From Verrucomicrobiales bacterium (lineage in GTDB: Bacteria > Verrucomicrobiota > Verrucomicrobiia > Verrucomicrobiales > SLCJ01): DNA of 48,048 bases. The notes under the pieces are model-generated. The model ran no database searches and was not told the DNA's origin. It was given only the letters and a program-made list of their open reading frames with translations. A program made the translations under genes and the position numbers. The stretch covers positions 1-48,048 of the forward strand of contig JBJTQJ010000009.1 in assembly GCA_046075565.1 (NCBI GenBank), in the 5' to 3' direction. This document shows, in pieces, positions 29,209 to 39,692 of this stretch (the stretch's first letter is position 1; each line of letters starts with the position of its first letter).

Positions 29209-29727
29209 TCAGCGGCGGCGGCGAACGAAGTCAACCACCCGCTTATCGTCCTCTCCGGCGGCCCAGACGACGCGCAGGAAGTCGGCGGGATGGAGACCGT
29301 GGAGGCTAAGAAAGGCACGGTCGCCACCGCATCCATACATGATATCGGGAGAATTTTCCCCGCGGAGTTTGTTGCGGGCCTTTTGCAGGATCCTCGGCAG
29401 CCACGGGATGCCATCAAGTTCGGCTTGGCGACCGGGCAGCTCGTTCGTCTGCATCTCTTTGCTGCTCGCCTCGCCCTTCTGCACGTGCAGGAAGTAATCC
29501 CGCCGCACCGACGCGATGAGCAAGGCGGTGGTCGGTCCGGGCTCTCCACCATCCACGTTATCCTCCACGAAATCGAAAAACTCGCGGGGCTTGCACCCGA
29601 TGGCGGCGAGGAAAGCCTGATCTTGTTTGTTGTAATAGCTACGAAAATCTTGTTCACCTTTGCTGTAAAGCGCACGGCAACGGTCGAAAAGCTCGAGAAA
29701 AGTCTCGTTCCAGGAATAGTCGGACAT
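29209..29727 (-). CDS. DUF5069-like protein
   Basis: LDGIPWLPRILQKARNKLRGE...YGCGGDRAFL recognised as DUF5069-like. Confidence 0.65.
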   Translation of the reverse strand: MSDYSWNETFLELFDRCRALYSKGEQDFRSYYNKQDQAFLAAIGCKPREFFDFVEDNVDGGEPGPTTALLIASVRRDYFLHVQKGEASSKEMQTNELPGRQAELDGIPWLPRILQKARNKLRGENSPDIMYGCGGDRAFLSLHGLHPADFLRVVWAAGEDDKRVVDFVRRRR

Positions 29728-29762
29728 CCTGCCAGTTTAGCCCCGGCTTTGCCCGGAGGCAA

Positions 29763-30542
29763 TCAGGGAGTAGGCACGGCCCGCAGGGCCTCCGCCACCC
29801 CGGCCGCACCCCGCAAATTCGAGCAAAATCCGCCTAGGGCTTGCACCCGCTCGCGCACCAGCGGCAGGGCATTGGCGGGACATGCGAGATATCTGGCCAC
29901 CGTCGGGTCCAGCATGGTCAAATCATTGTGATTGTCTCCGGCGGCGAAAACCCGTGCGGGCTCCAGCCCCAGCGTCCCGGCCAGATGGGCGAGGGCGGTT
30001 CCTTTCGAGTAGGCCCGGTGGCTGAAGCGCAGGTAAATGCTATTGCGTTCGTAACGTAAGTCCGGCTCGTTGGCGATGAGCGGATCCACAAACGCGCAGA
30101 TCCTTTCCATTTCCTCCAGATTGCTAGAGACGATGCCCGCGGGTTCCTCGGGCAATTCGATAAAAGTGGCCAATGTCTCGTCGTCGATAAAGCGGCGGAT
30201 ACTCCGGAAAATGGAGCGGCAACGCCGGAAAAGTTTGTGGTGGGCTTTTTCCGCGTCTTCGTTCCATGTGCCCAGCGGAACCCACCGGTTGAATTGATTC
30301 AGCGAATGGATATCCCGTTCTCTCGTTATGAGAAACGACGGCCGCGAGCGGAATCCGGCTTCCACCAATCCTTCCATCGCGTGGGGCAGGGAACGACCGG
30401 TATTGATCAACCACAATGCACCTCGCGAGGTCCATTGCTCAAGCGCTTCGTGGATCGAAGGATGCACGCTCGGATACTCGCCTTCGATGCTGAGCGTGCC
30501 GTCGAAATCGAGGGAAATCAGCATGGTTGGGGAAGGGATCAT
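29763..30542 (-). CDS. HAD-superfamily (IIB/Cof-like) phosphatase
   Basis: LDFDGTL, NTGRS, SKG.AL, AGDNHNDLTML. ATGA overlap with the upstream gene. Confidence 0.9.
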   Translation of the reverse strand: MIPSPTMLISLDFDGTLSIEGEYPSVHPSIHEALEQWTSRGALWLINTGRSLPHAMEGLVEAGFRSRPSFLITRERDIHSLNQFNRWVPLGTWNEDAEKAHHKLFRRCRSIFRSIRRFIDDETLATFIELPEEPAGIVSSNLEEMERICAFVDPLIANEPDLRYERNSIYLRFSHRAYSKGTALAHLAGTLGLEPARVFAAGDNHNDLTMLDPTVARYLACPANALPLVRERVQALGGFCSNLRGAAGVAEALRAVPTP

Positions 30543-32038
30543 GCGAAGTTGGGTAGTTGCCACAATTCCAGCAGGCGCCACGCCAGCCAACCAACAAGCA
30601 GGCATTGGGCCGCGTGGTATCCCCAGACCATCGCCGGAGGCACACCGCGCGCGCGTAGCCTCTGCATGATGCTTTCGCCGGAGGCGATCAAACCCGCGAC
30701 CACGGGAGCCCAGAGGGCGAGCATGAACCGGTCACCGTCTCCCACCGGGGTATACCAGCCATGCAGCATCGAATAAAGCGCAATGGCCCCGAGAAAATAC
30801 AGCATCATGATGCCGCGTTCCGCTTCCTGCCGGTGCGCCGGCAATTTCTCCTTTTTCCGTTGCGTGAAGGCGAAGATGGCGGCTAGAGCCAGCACGCCCG
30901 AGATTGCCAGCAGCGTCCAACCGGGATACTCGAGAGTCGAGACCCATGGCTTCTTCGGTTTTCCGTGTTTGTCCCGTGGCGTCGGGTCCGAGGAAATGAA
31001 GCGCCGCACCTGCCACCATGTGCCATCCGCGAGGCGGTTCCATCCCTCGGACGGTTGGTGGGTGGATCTCCACCACTTGAAAGATGGTTTCTCCGCGGGA
31101 GGGATGGCGGCGAGTTTCTGCCGCGTGTTGTGTTGTCCCATCCATGCGTAACCCTGCTCGAAGTCATCCATCCACATCCAGTAGGAAGGAAAGGCATGCA
31201 TGGGGCTCCCGAAGGTCGCGTGGGCATAGGATAGCCGCGGGGCAATCACCACCAGATGCACGCACGCGAAAACACTCAAGCCGATGAAATGATTGGATGT
31301 ATTCCATGGTGATCTCCCTTCGGTGCCGTCGGCATCACGTCGACCCGGCCAGAATGCGGCGAGGAACCGCAAGGTCGTGACGCCGAGGAAGACCAGAAGC
31401 AATGGCTGCACCGATCCTTTGGCCAGATACGCCAACCCGGTCAAAAACCCGAACATCCCATACAGCCAAATGGGATTCCGCCCCAGCAGGCTCATGCCGC
31501 TCATCCATGAGAGGAAAAACAATGCGTAATAAATCGGTTCCGGCTGGAACCAGGGCGAGCGCGGTAGGAATGATCCCAATCCCGCCGCCAACAGGAAAAG
31601 CGCCACCGCCGGGATCGACCAGCGGATGCCTAACAGAAGGGCGCATACCGCGAGAAATGCCCCCGTGAACCAGACATTCCATCGTTTTCCCGCCTGAAAA
31701 AATACCTCGTCATCCAACCCGTCGGAAAAAGTCGCGGCCACCCGCGGCCAGAGAGGGTTCACCACGCCATCGGTGTAGTGGGGCATCCACTCGCCCACCG
31801 CGCGCGATATGCCTTCGCCCGCGCTGGTCGCCGCCCGTTCGGCGGCGACGCGGGCGCATTTCAAATTATTCGCCTGGTCCGAGCGCGCGGCATCGTTGTT
31901 CTTTTGCTCCGCCATCTTCAGCCCGAGAGTGACGTGCGCCTGAAAATACACCAGCGCCAGCGTGAGCAAGACCAGCCAGCGCGAAAGCGAACGCCAAAGC
32001 GCTCGTTTGTTGCGCAGGGAGAGAGGGATGCTGATCAT
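30539..32038 (-). CDS. Polytopic membrane protein, possibly a GT-C-fold glycosyltransferase
   Basis: About 10 TM segments, periplasmic SDQ after TM1, QPEPIYY, GLAYLAK, late DRF motif. Confidence 0.55.
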   Translation of the reverse strand: MISIPLSLRNKRALWRSLSRWLVLLTLALVYFQAHVTLGLKMAEQKNNDAARSDQANNLKCARVAAERAATSAGEGISRAVGEWMPHYTDGVVNPLWPRVAATFSDGLDDEVFFQAGKRWNVWFTGAFLAVCALLLGIRWSIPAVALFLLAAGLGSFLPRSPWFQPEPIYYALFFLSWMSGMSLLGRNPIWLYGMFGFLTGLAYLAKGSVQPLLLVFLGVTTLRFLAAFWPGRRDADGTEGRSPWNTSNHFIGLSVFACVHLVVIAPRLSYAHATFGSPMHAFPSYWMWMDDFEQGYAWMGQHNTRQKLAAIPPAEKPSFKWWRSTHQPSEGWNRLADGTWWQVRRFISSDPTPRDKHGKPKKPWVSTLEYPGWTLLAISGVLALAAIFAFTQRKKEKLPAHRQEAERGIMMLYFLGAIALYSMLHGWYTPVGDGDRFMLALWAPVVAGLIASGESIMQRLRARGVPPAMVWGYHAAQCLLVGWLAWRLLELWQLPNFA

Positions 32039-32105
32039 GGGGGAAGGCACACGATAGCCGGGACATCGCTCCCGCCAACCCGGAACTTGCCCGCAGCCCG
32101 CAAAC

Positions 32106-32351
32106 ATGGCAAGTTACACCATGGAATCCAACCTTCCCGCCGCAGGTCCCGGACGCGGTTCCGCCGGCAATGTTCTCGCCGCCATCTGTTCATTCTTCAT
32201 CCCCGGCCTTGGTCAACTCACCCAGGGCCGCGCCCTAAAAGCCCTATGGCATTTCCTGGTCGCCGCCGCTCTCTGGGCCATCAGCTTAGGCACAGCCGGG
32301 TGGCTCATGCACCTCTGGTCCTGCTGGGAGGCGGCAAGGTGGAAAGGGTGA
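32106..32351 (+). CDS. Small membrane protein (FIPGLGQ / TM2-like motif)
   Basis: GNVLAAICSFFIPGLGQLTQGR followed by hydrophobic helices. Start may be 32121. Confidence 0.75.
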   Translation: MASYTMESNLPAAGPGRGSAGNVLAAICSFFIPGLGQLTQGRALKALWHFLVAAALWAISLGTAGWLMHLWSCWEAARWKG

Positions 32352-32384
32352 GAGAATCCGGATTCCGCAAAGGGGCGGTCAATC

Positions 32385-33677
32385 TCACCGGAAACTGCCG
32401 CTGCTGATATACTCGACCCATTGCTTCTGCATGGCTTCGGCGGATTCAAAGCCGAGCAATTTCGCCATATCTTCGACCTCCGGCACCTGGCTGGAGGTGC
32501 TGATGCGTTCGATCAGCTTAGGCCAACCGGCCACGCGTTCGGGGCTGCTGTGGAGGAAGTGGATGAAGGAATACGCGAGAACGTTGGTGCCCGGAGTCGC
32601 GTTCTGCGGCGTCAGGTTGAGAATCACTTCCAAAGTGGGAGTGACTTCTTTTTTGCGGATGGCCTTTTTCAATTCCTCGGGCCATGAATCGGAACCTTGG
32701 AAGCCCCCGGTGGATTTGGCATCTTCGGCGGACTCCGCGCTCAGTAGGCTTGTTTCCGACTTGCCCGTGAGGAAAACTTCCTTGTAATACGCGTAGCCGG
32801 TGGTGAGACCGTGTAGGCCGCCCGATCCGAACCTGCTCACGTTGGCAATTTGCTCGTCGAGCAGATCACCAGCAATACAATGCACACGGAATGGCACCCA
32901 TACCCCTTTGATCCGTTCGCCCTTGCCATCGTCTTCCTCGCTGCTCTTTTCATAGGTGCGGAAAACCCGCGCCGATTGGAGGACGCCATTGCCATCGGCG
33001 ATGCTTGCAGGCAAACTCACCGAACCCGCCGCCGAGAGCGGCCAGGTTTTCTTGACCATCTCTGCCGATTCGCCTTGGCCGATATCATTGAGCAGACCGG
33101 CAAACCAATCGCCAATGGCCAGATAGGTGGTTTCCTCATCGACGAGGAAGATCGCTTGCTTCCGCTCCGTGAATTTCTGGGCGAAGGTCGGATGGAAAAA
33201 CGCGGTATCGATCCAAAGCCGCTCGGCCAGCTCGGCGATTTCGGCCGGTTTTGCTTTCTCCGAATGGAGAATCTTGAAATGTGGTGTTTCGAGCACCTCG
33301 AATTTCTGCTGCGGAATCTCGAATGGCTTGTCGCCTTTCACGAAAGTCTTCGGGTCGATCTTCGCTTCTTTCGCCGGTGATGCGACTTTGCCCGGCTTCG
33401 GCGCGGTGAGCGAGGAGCCCGTCGCCGGAGCATAGTCTTGCAGGAAGTCGAGATCCCCTTGGCTGAGTTTGCTTTTGTCGAAGGCGTATCGCTGACCACT
33501 CGGCCCCTTGAGATTGACGGTTTTTCCGTCGAACGAGACCAATTCCGCCTCGATCGTGCGTCCATCAGCGCTTGTCCAAGTGCGGAGTTCCGCGAAGGCG
33601 TTCTGAGAAATGGCCACGCCTAGGATGGCGGCGGCGATCAGGGAGACGGCTGGACGGGTCTGTTTCGCTGAAGTCAT
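32385..33677 (-). CDS. Secreted SHD1-domain protein with degenerate zincin-like (peptidase MA/DUF1570-like) C-terminal domain
   Basis: Signal peptide ending AFA, SHD1-like RTWTSADGRTIEAELV..LSQGDLDFL, ETPHF, HCIAG in place of HExxH, TTGYAYY, AYSFIHFL. Start at MTSAK. Confidence 0.65.
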   Translation of the reverse strand: MTSAKQTRPAVSLIAAAILGVAISQNAFAELRTWTSADGRTIEAELVSFDGKTVNLKGPSGQRYAFDKSKLSQGDLDFLQDYAPATGSSLTAPKPGKVASPAKEAKIDPKTFVKGDKPFEIPQQKFEVLETPHFKILHSEKAKPAEIAELAERLWIDTAFFHPTFAQKFTERKQAIFLVDEETTYLAIGDWFAGLLNDIGQGESAEMVKKTWPLSAAGSVSLPASIADGNGVLQSARVFRTYEKSSEEDDGKGERIKGVWVPFRVHCIAGDLLDEQIANVSRFGSGGLHGLTTGYAYYKEVFLTGKSETSLLSAESAEDAKSTGGFQGSDSWPEELKKAIRKKEVTPTLEVILNLTPQNATPGTNVLAYSFIHFLHSSPERVAGWPKLIERISTSSQVPEVEDMAKLLGFESAEAMQKQWVEYISSGSFR

Positions 33678-33786
33678 AGTCAAAGGTGGGGGCAAATCCT
33701 CTCTGGTGTCCAGTAGAAAACGGCGCTGGAACCGGAAATTGCTTCCCTTTTTCCCGATTCCGCGCCACAATCCAAGCTTTCCCGCC

Positions 33787-35283
33787 ATGAAACCGAACGC
33801 ATTCCTCGCCCTCGGCTTTGCCGCCCTGACCATTCTGCCCGTCGCCCGTGCGGCGGAAAGTGACAATCTCCGCCGCTTCAGCCTTCGTGATGGCCGCAGC
33901 TTCCAAGCTTCCATTACCGCGAAAGCCGGCACTACGGTTACGCTCAAACTTCTCAATGGCCGCGAGGAAGTCACCCCGCTCGGCATGCTCAGCGAACCCG
34001 ACCGGATGTATGTCGCCAAGTGGTCGCCCCTCAAGGATGCCCTGATGCGCGACGCCGATTTCTCCAAGGCAACCGTGCAGCAACTCCTCGAACTCCGCGG
34101 ATACCAGACCTTCGAATTCGACATCCAAGGCAACCACATCTTCGTCGAAGGTGAACTCAACGGCAAAGCCCAGCGGTTCCTCATCGACACCGGTGCCGAT
34201 ACTTCCCTGCTCGATCTCAAGGCCGCCGAGGAAGCAGGACTCGAGATCGGTCCGCTCACGGAAAAAGTATCCGGTGTCGCGGGTGATGCTCCCGCAGCTG
34301 TCGTGCGTGTCCCCACTTTGAAAATGGGCGACGCGCTCATGACCAACCGTCGTATTCTCGCTGCCGACATGTTCAAAGACCACCAAGGGCCGCGCACCTA
34401 CGGTGCCATTTTCGGCGCGGATTTCCTGCGCGAATTGAACGCGGTCATTTCCTACCGCGAGGGCCGCATGTTCCTCAAGACCGATGCCGCCGCGCCCGCA
34501 GCACCTGCCGCTCCGAATCCTGCGGCTGCCGCGCCTGCCGCCGATGCCAAACAAGAATTCCGCCGTTGGACCTCCACTGATGGGCGCACGATGTTCGCCG
34601 CCCTCGATGCCAAGACCGATACCGAGGTTGTCTTCCGCCTCCAGAATGGACAGAAGGCCAAACTCCCCGTCGAAAAGCTCTCCACTGAGGATCAGGCTTT
34701 CATCAAACAATGGAACCAGTTGCGCGACAAACTCGCCGCCGACCCGGAATTCAACCGGCTTTCCGTTCGGGAACTGCTCGAACTGCGCGGCTACCAGTCG
34801 CTCGAATACCGGCTCAGCGGCAACCACATCATCATCGACGGCGAAGCCAATGGGAAGAAGTCTCGCTTCCTCATCGACACCGGTGCCCACGGAGGAGTCT
34901 TCCATATCGATTTCGCCAAGGAGATTGGACTCGATGTCGGACCGATGGACCAATGGATCTACGGCATCGGCGGCAAAGCCCCGGCTGCCATCGTAAAAGT
35001 GAAAACCCTCAAACTCGGCGACTCCGTCATCGAGAACCGCGAGATGCTCGGGGCCGATCTGCTGCGCGAGATGAAAGCCTTCGGTAGCTCCCATGACGCC
35101 ATTTTCGGAGCCGACTTCATGCGTGAACTCGACGCCGTTATCAGCTACAAGGAAGCCCGCATGTTCCTGCGACCGGGCATGGGCGACCAAGCGGCGGCCA
35201 AGGAAAAGCCCGCCGAGCCTGCCGCCAGCCCGGCCCCCGCCGCGCCCGCGGTTGAGCCGAAGCCCACGGATCCATTTCCCTGA
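33787..35283 (+). CDS. Secreted tandem retropepsin-like aspartyl protease, (SHD1-AspP)x2
   Basis: Signal peptide ending ARA, two SHD1-like segments, two FLIDTGA motifs (Asp codons 34186 and 34876) and two IFGADF motifs, Pro/Ala linkers. Confidence 0.82.
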   Translation: MKPNAFLALGFAALTILPVARAAESDNLRRFSLRDGRSFQASITAKAGTTVTLKLLNGREEVTPLGMLSEPDRMYVAKWSPLKDALMRDADFSKATVQQLLELRGYQTFEFDIQGNHIFVEGELNGKAQRFLIDTGADTSLLDLKAAEEAGLEIGPLTEKVSGVAGDAPAAVVRVPTLKMGDALMTNRRILAADMFKDHQGPRTYGAIFGADFLRELNAVISYREGRMFLKTDAAAPAAPAAPNPAAAAPAADAKQEFRRWTSTDGRTMFAALDAKTDTEVVFRLQNGQKAKLPVEKLSTEDQAFIKQWNQLRDKLAADPEFNRLSVRELLELRGYQSLEYRLSGNHIIIDGEANGKKSRFLIDTGAHGGVFHIDFAKEIGLDVGPMDQWIYGIGGKAPAAIVKVKTLKLGDSVIENREMLGADLLREMKAFGSSHDAIFGADFMRELDAVISYKEARMFLRPGMGDQAAAKEKPAEPAASPAPAAPAVEPKPTDPFP

Positions 35284-35345
35284 GCCTAGCCCGGCCATAT
35301 CGGGGTTGCGGAAACCGCACGAATATGCGAAGCATCCCGCCCGAT

Positions 35346-36458
35346 ATGAACAACAAGACTTTCCGATTGGCGGTCCTGCCCGGTGACGGCATTGGACCCG
35401 AAGTAATGACCCAGGCGATTGCCGTGCTCGATGTGGTCGCCGCGAAATCCGGCATTTCCTTTCAATATGACCACCAGTTGGTCGGTGGAGCCGCCATTGA
35501 TGCCGTGGGGAAAGCACTGCCTGCCGAAACCGTGGCCGCCTGTGAGGCTGCCGATGCCATCCTTTTCGGTTCGGTCGGTGGTCCGAAATGGGAATCCCTC
35601 CCCCCGCAGGAGCAACCGGAACGAGGAGCCCTTCTGCCCCTCCGCAAACACTTCGGGCTTTTCGCCAATCTGCGCCCAGGTATTTGTTATCCCGCGCTCA
35701 CTTCCGCTTCTCCCGTGCGTCCGGACCTCGTCGAAGGCGGATTCGATGTGCTTTGCGTGCGTGAACTGACGGGCGGGCTTTACTTCGGCCAACCGAAAAC
35801 CCGCGAAGTTTTGCCCGACGGCGACATCCGCGTGATCGACACCATGGTCTACAAGAAGAGCGAGATTGAACGCATCGCCCATGTCGCGTTCCGCGCCGCA
35901 GAAGGACGCGGAAAGCACCTGACTTCGGTGGACAAGGCCAACGTTCTCACCAACAGCGTGCTCTGGCGCGAGACGGTGGTTGAAGTGGCCAAACAATATC
36001 CCGATGTCACTCTTGCCCACCTCTATGTGGACAATGCGGCCATGCAATTGATCAAGAATCCGCGCGGATTTGATGTTCTGGTTACCGAGAACCTTTTCGG
36101 CGACATCCTCAGCGATGAAATGGCCATGATCGCCGGTTCGCTTGGCATGCTCGCCAGCGCCAGTCTCGGCCAACCGAAAGGTGATGGACTTTACTTCGGC
36201 CTCTTCGAACCCAGCGGCGGCTCTGCTCCGGACATCGCCGGTATGGGTATCGCCAATCCCATAGCGCAGATCCTCTCCGCCGCTCTCCTCCTTCGCTTCA
36301 GTCTCGGACTGGAGAAAGAAGCCACGGCCATCGAAGCCGCGGTTCGCTCCGCCATCGACGACGGTTTCCGGACCGGCGACATCTTCACCAACGCACCCGG
36401 CACACGCAAAGTGGACACCGCTGCCATGGGCGAAGCCATCCTCGCGCGGTTGGGTTGA
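35346..36458 (+). CDS. leuB: 3-isopropylmalate dehydrogenase
   Basis: [53 protein letters not shown]. Confidence 0.96.
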   Translation: MNNKTFRLAVLPGDGIGPEVMTQAIAVLDVVAAKSGISFQYDHQLVGGAAIDAVGKALPAETVAACEAADAILFGSVGGPKWESLPPQEQPERGALLPLRKHFGLFANLRPGICYPALTSASPVRPDLVEGGFDVLCVRELTGGLYFGQPKTREVLPDGDIRVIDTMVYKKSEIERIAHVAFRAAEGRGKHLTSVDKANVLTNSVLWRETVVEVAKQYPDVTLAHLYVDNAAMQLIKNPRGFDVLVTENLFGDILSDEMAMIAGSLGMLASASLGQPKGDGLYFGLFEPSGGSAPDIAGMGIANPIAQILSAALLLRFSLGLEKEATAIEAAVRSAIDDGFRTGDIFTNAPGTRKVDTAAMGEAILARLG

Positions 36459-36533
36459 CCCGCGTGTTCGGTTGGTGAGTGTGGCCGCCGCGTCCAGCCT
36501 CATTTACGCCTTCATCCGACGAGAAGGCTCAGG

Positions 36534-36605
36534 GTTGGAGTCCGGGCTTTAGCCCGTTCTCCTTCCCGATCAGAAACCCTGACGGGCTAAAGCCCGGACT
36601 CCAAC
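36534..36605. repeat. Perfect 24-bp inverted repeat (GGAG-tagged REP doublet) between convergent genes
   Basis: gttggagtccgggctttagcccgt (36534-36557) and acgggctaaagcccggactccaac (36582-36605), 24-nt spacer. Each arm is itself palindromic. Confidence 0.85.
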
Positions 36606-36640
36606 AGGCTGCCCGCTACGATTGCGGACAATCGAGCCGC

Positions 36641-37207
36641 TCAACCCGTCGCGCGTTCGTCCACTCTGCGTTCGATCGCGTGCCAGAGCATTTCCCTTTG
36701 CTTCGGAAGCAGGGGAGAGAGCGACAGGATGATGCCGCCTCCGGATCCGACGGGCAGGAAGTCGATGATCAGATTCCCATTCTCCGCCCGCGCGTTGGCA
36801 AGGTGGGTCCATGGCACGAGGCGGAAGTTTTCGGTGGGAAACCAGAGCGGGAAAATCTCGATGCCGACCGGACTGAGTATGATGTAGGCGTGATTGGTGC
36901 AATAGACGGCAAGCCAGAGAAAAAGTAGAATCATCGGCACGGGCAGCAGGGATGGCCACCACGAGGTCAGCAAAGGCGATCCATCGGCATGCCATGACCA
37001 GAACGCGAGGGAGAAACCCGCGAAGGAAAGACAGAAAAAAATGACAGCGGCGGCGGCGAAATGAACGGCCTGAGCCGAGCGGGTGAACCGCAATTCCTTA
37101 CCCGGATCCGCCGCTTCAATCCTCGAGCACGGGTTGAGCCACGCCAGTCGCTCCGACCAGGAACGCGGTCGACTCTTGCCGGCATCTTCTGGGGTTTCTT
37201 CCTTCAC
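36641..37207 (-). CDS. Hypothetical membrane protein (2 TM plus possible PH-like domain)
   Basis: GTG start overlapping the upstream TGA, two hydrophobic helices, soluble C-terminus. Confidence 0.65.
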   Translation of the reverse strand: MKEETPEDAGKSRPRSWSERLAWLNPCSRIEAADPGKELRFTRSAQAVHFAAAAVIFFCLSFAGFSLAFWSWHADGSPLLTSWWPSLLPVPMILLFLWLAVYCTNHAYIILSPVGIEIFPLWFPTENFRLVPWTHLANARAENGNLIIDFLPVGSGGGIILSLSPLLPKQREMLWHAIERRVDERATG

Positions 37208-38016
37208 GCGAGACGAACCATGTCGCCGATGACGCGCCACCAGAGGAAAAAGCATCCCCTCCACGAATAACGGAAGGTGGTGGCATCGGCCGGGGTGATA
37301 AAGCCGCGTTGGAGATTGTGGTCAACCTGACGGGCCGCTTCCATCTGGAGCAAATCGGGCAACTCGGAAGGTTTGAGCGTTATCAACTCGCGCGGGCTTC
37401 CGCGTCCGAGAAAAAGAGCATGGGCGGCAGTGAATTCGGCGAAACTGCCCGAACGCAAATCCCTTTGCCAAAGCACGTCGGGTGGCACGGCCATGGTGTC
37501 GCTGAACGGCAAGTTGGTCGTGCGGAAGACCCGCCCATCATCCTCGCGGGTGGTCAGGGAGATATGGACAATCGCCCCTTCACCCTGCCGCGACAGCGAA
37601 ACGGACGCGAGCGTGCGGGCATCCGGGGAGAGGAAGAGGCGGAGGAACTGCGAGAAGTTGCCGTGTTCCCAGCCGAGGTCCTGATGTTGCTCATACCCGC
37701 ATTCTTCAATCTCCTTGGTGAGAGAGCGCAGGTTGGGGAATTCCTCCCACCTGGGCTCCGGGCATTCGGCCAATTCACGGCGCAGCGGCAGGCGCATTCC
37801 ACGCACCCGACCAATAATTTCCAGCCATGGCAGGAAGAGCCAAACCGAAACGGAGATCGCGCCCGCCACGTGATTGTTGCCACCTAGGAAATACCCGCCG
37901 ACATAGGTGGCCCCGAGGATGATGACAGCTCCCAACTTCCGCGACCACACGGGCGCAAAACTCCGCAGGGCGAATCCCAGCACGAAGAGTCCGGCCGTGA
38001 GCAGGGCTTGTTCCAT
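37204..38016 (-). CDS. Hypothetical membrane protein
   Basis: 270-aa ORF downstream of glyQS with three N-terminal TM helices, translationally coupled to the next gene. Confidence 0.7.
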   Translation of the reverse strand: MEQALLTAGLFVLGFALRSFAPVWSRKLGAVIILGATYVGGYFLGGNNHVAGAISVSVWLFLPWLEIIGRVRGMRLPLRRELAECPEPRWEEFPNLRSLTKEIEECGYEQHQDLGWEHGNFSQFLRLFLSPDARTLASVSLSRQGEGAIVHISLTTREDDGRVFRTTNLPFSDTMAVPPDVLWQRDLRSGSFAEFTAAHALFLGRGSPRELITLKPSELPDLLQMEAARQVDHNLQRGFITPADATTFRYSWRGCFFLWWRVIGDMVRLA

Positions 38017-38066
38017 GTCACATCGACGTTACCATGTTCCGATGGCCCCGGCAAGGAGCCTCGTGA

Positions 38067-39623
<1,557 letters not shown>

Positions 39624-39692
39624 ACGATCTGAGGTAGTTCGATTCGGAAGGATTGGGAGAAATGGACGGGGCCGTCGGTGAATGGCCGTTGA

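Noticed and set aside
33678-34397. 240-aa N-terminal extension of the SHD1 protein in the ORF track
   Set aside because: It overlaps the aspartyl protease on the opposite strand, and the signal peptide begins at ATG 33677.
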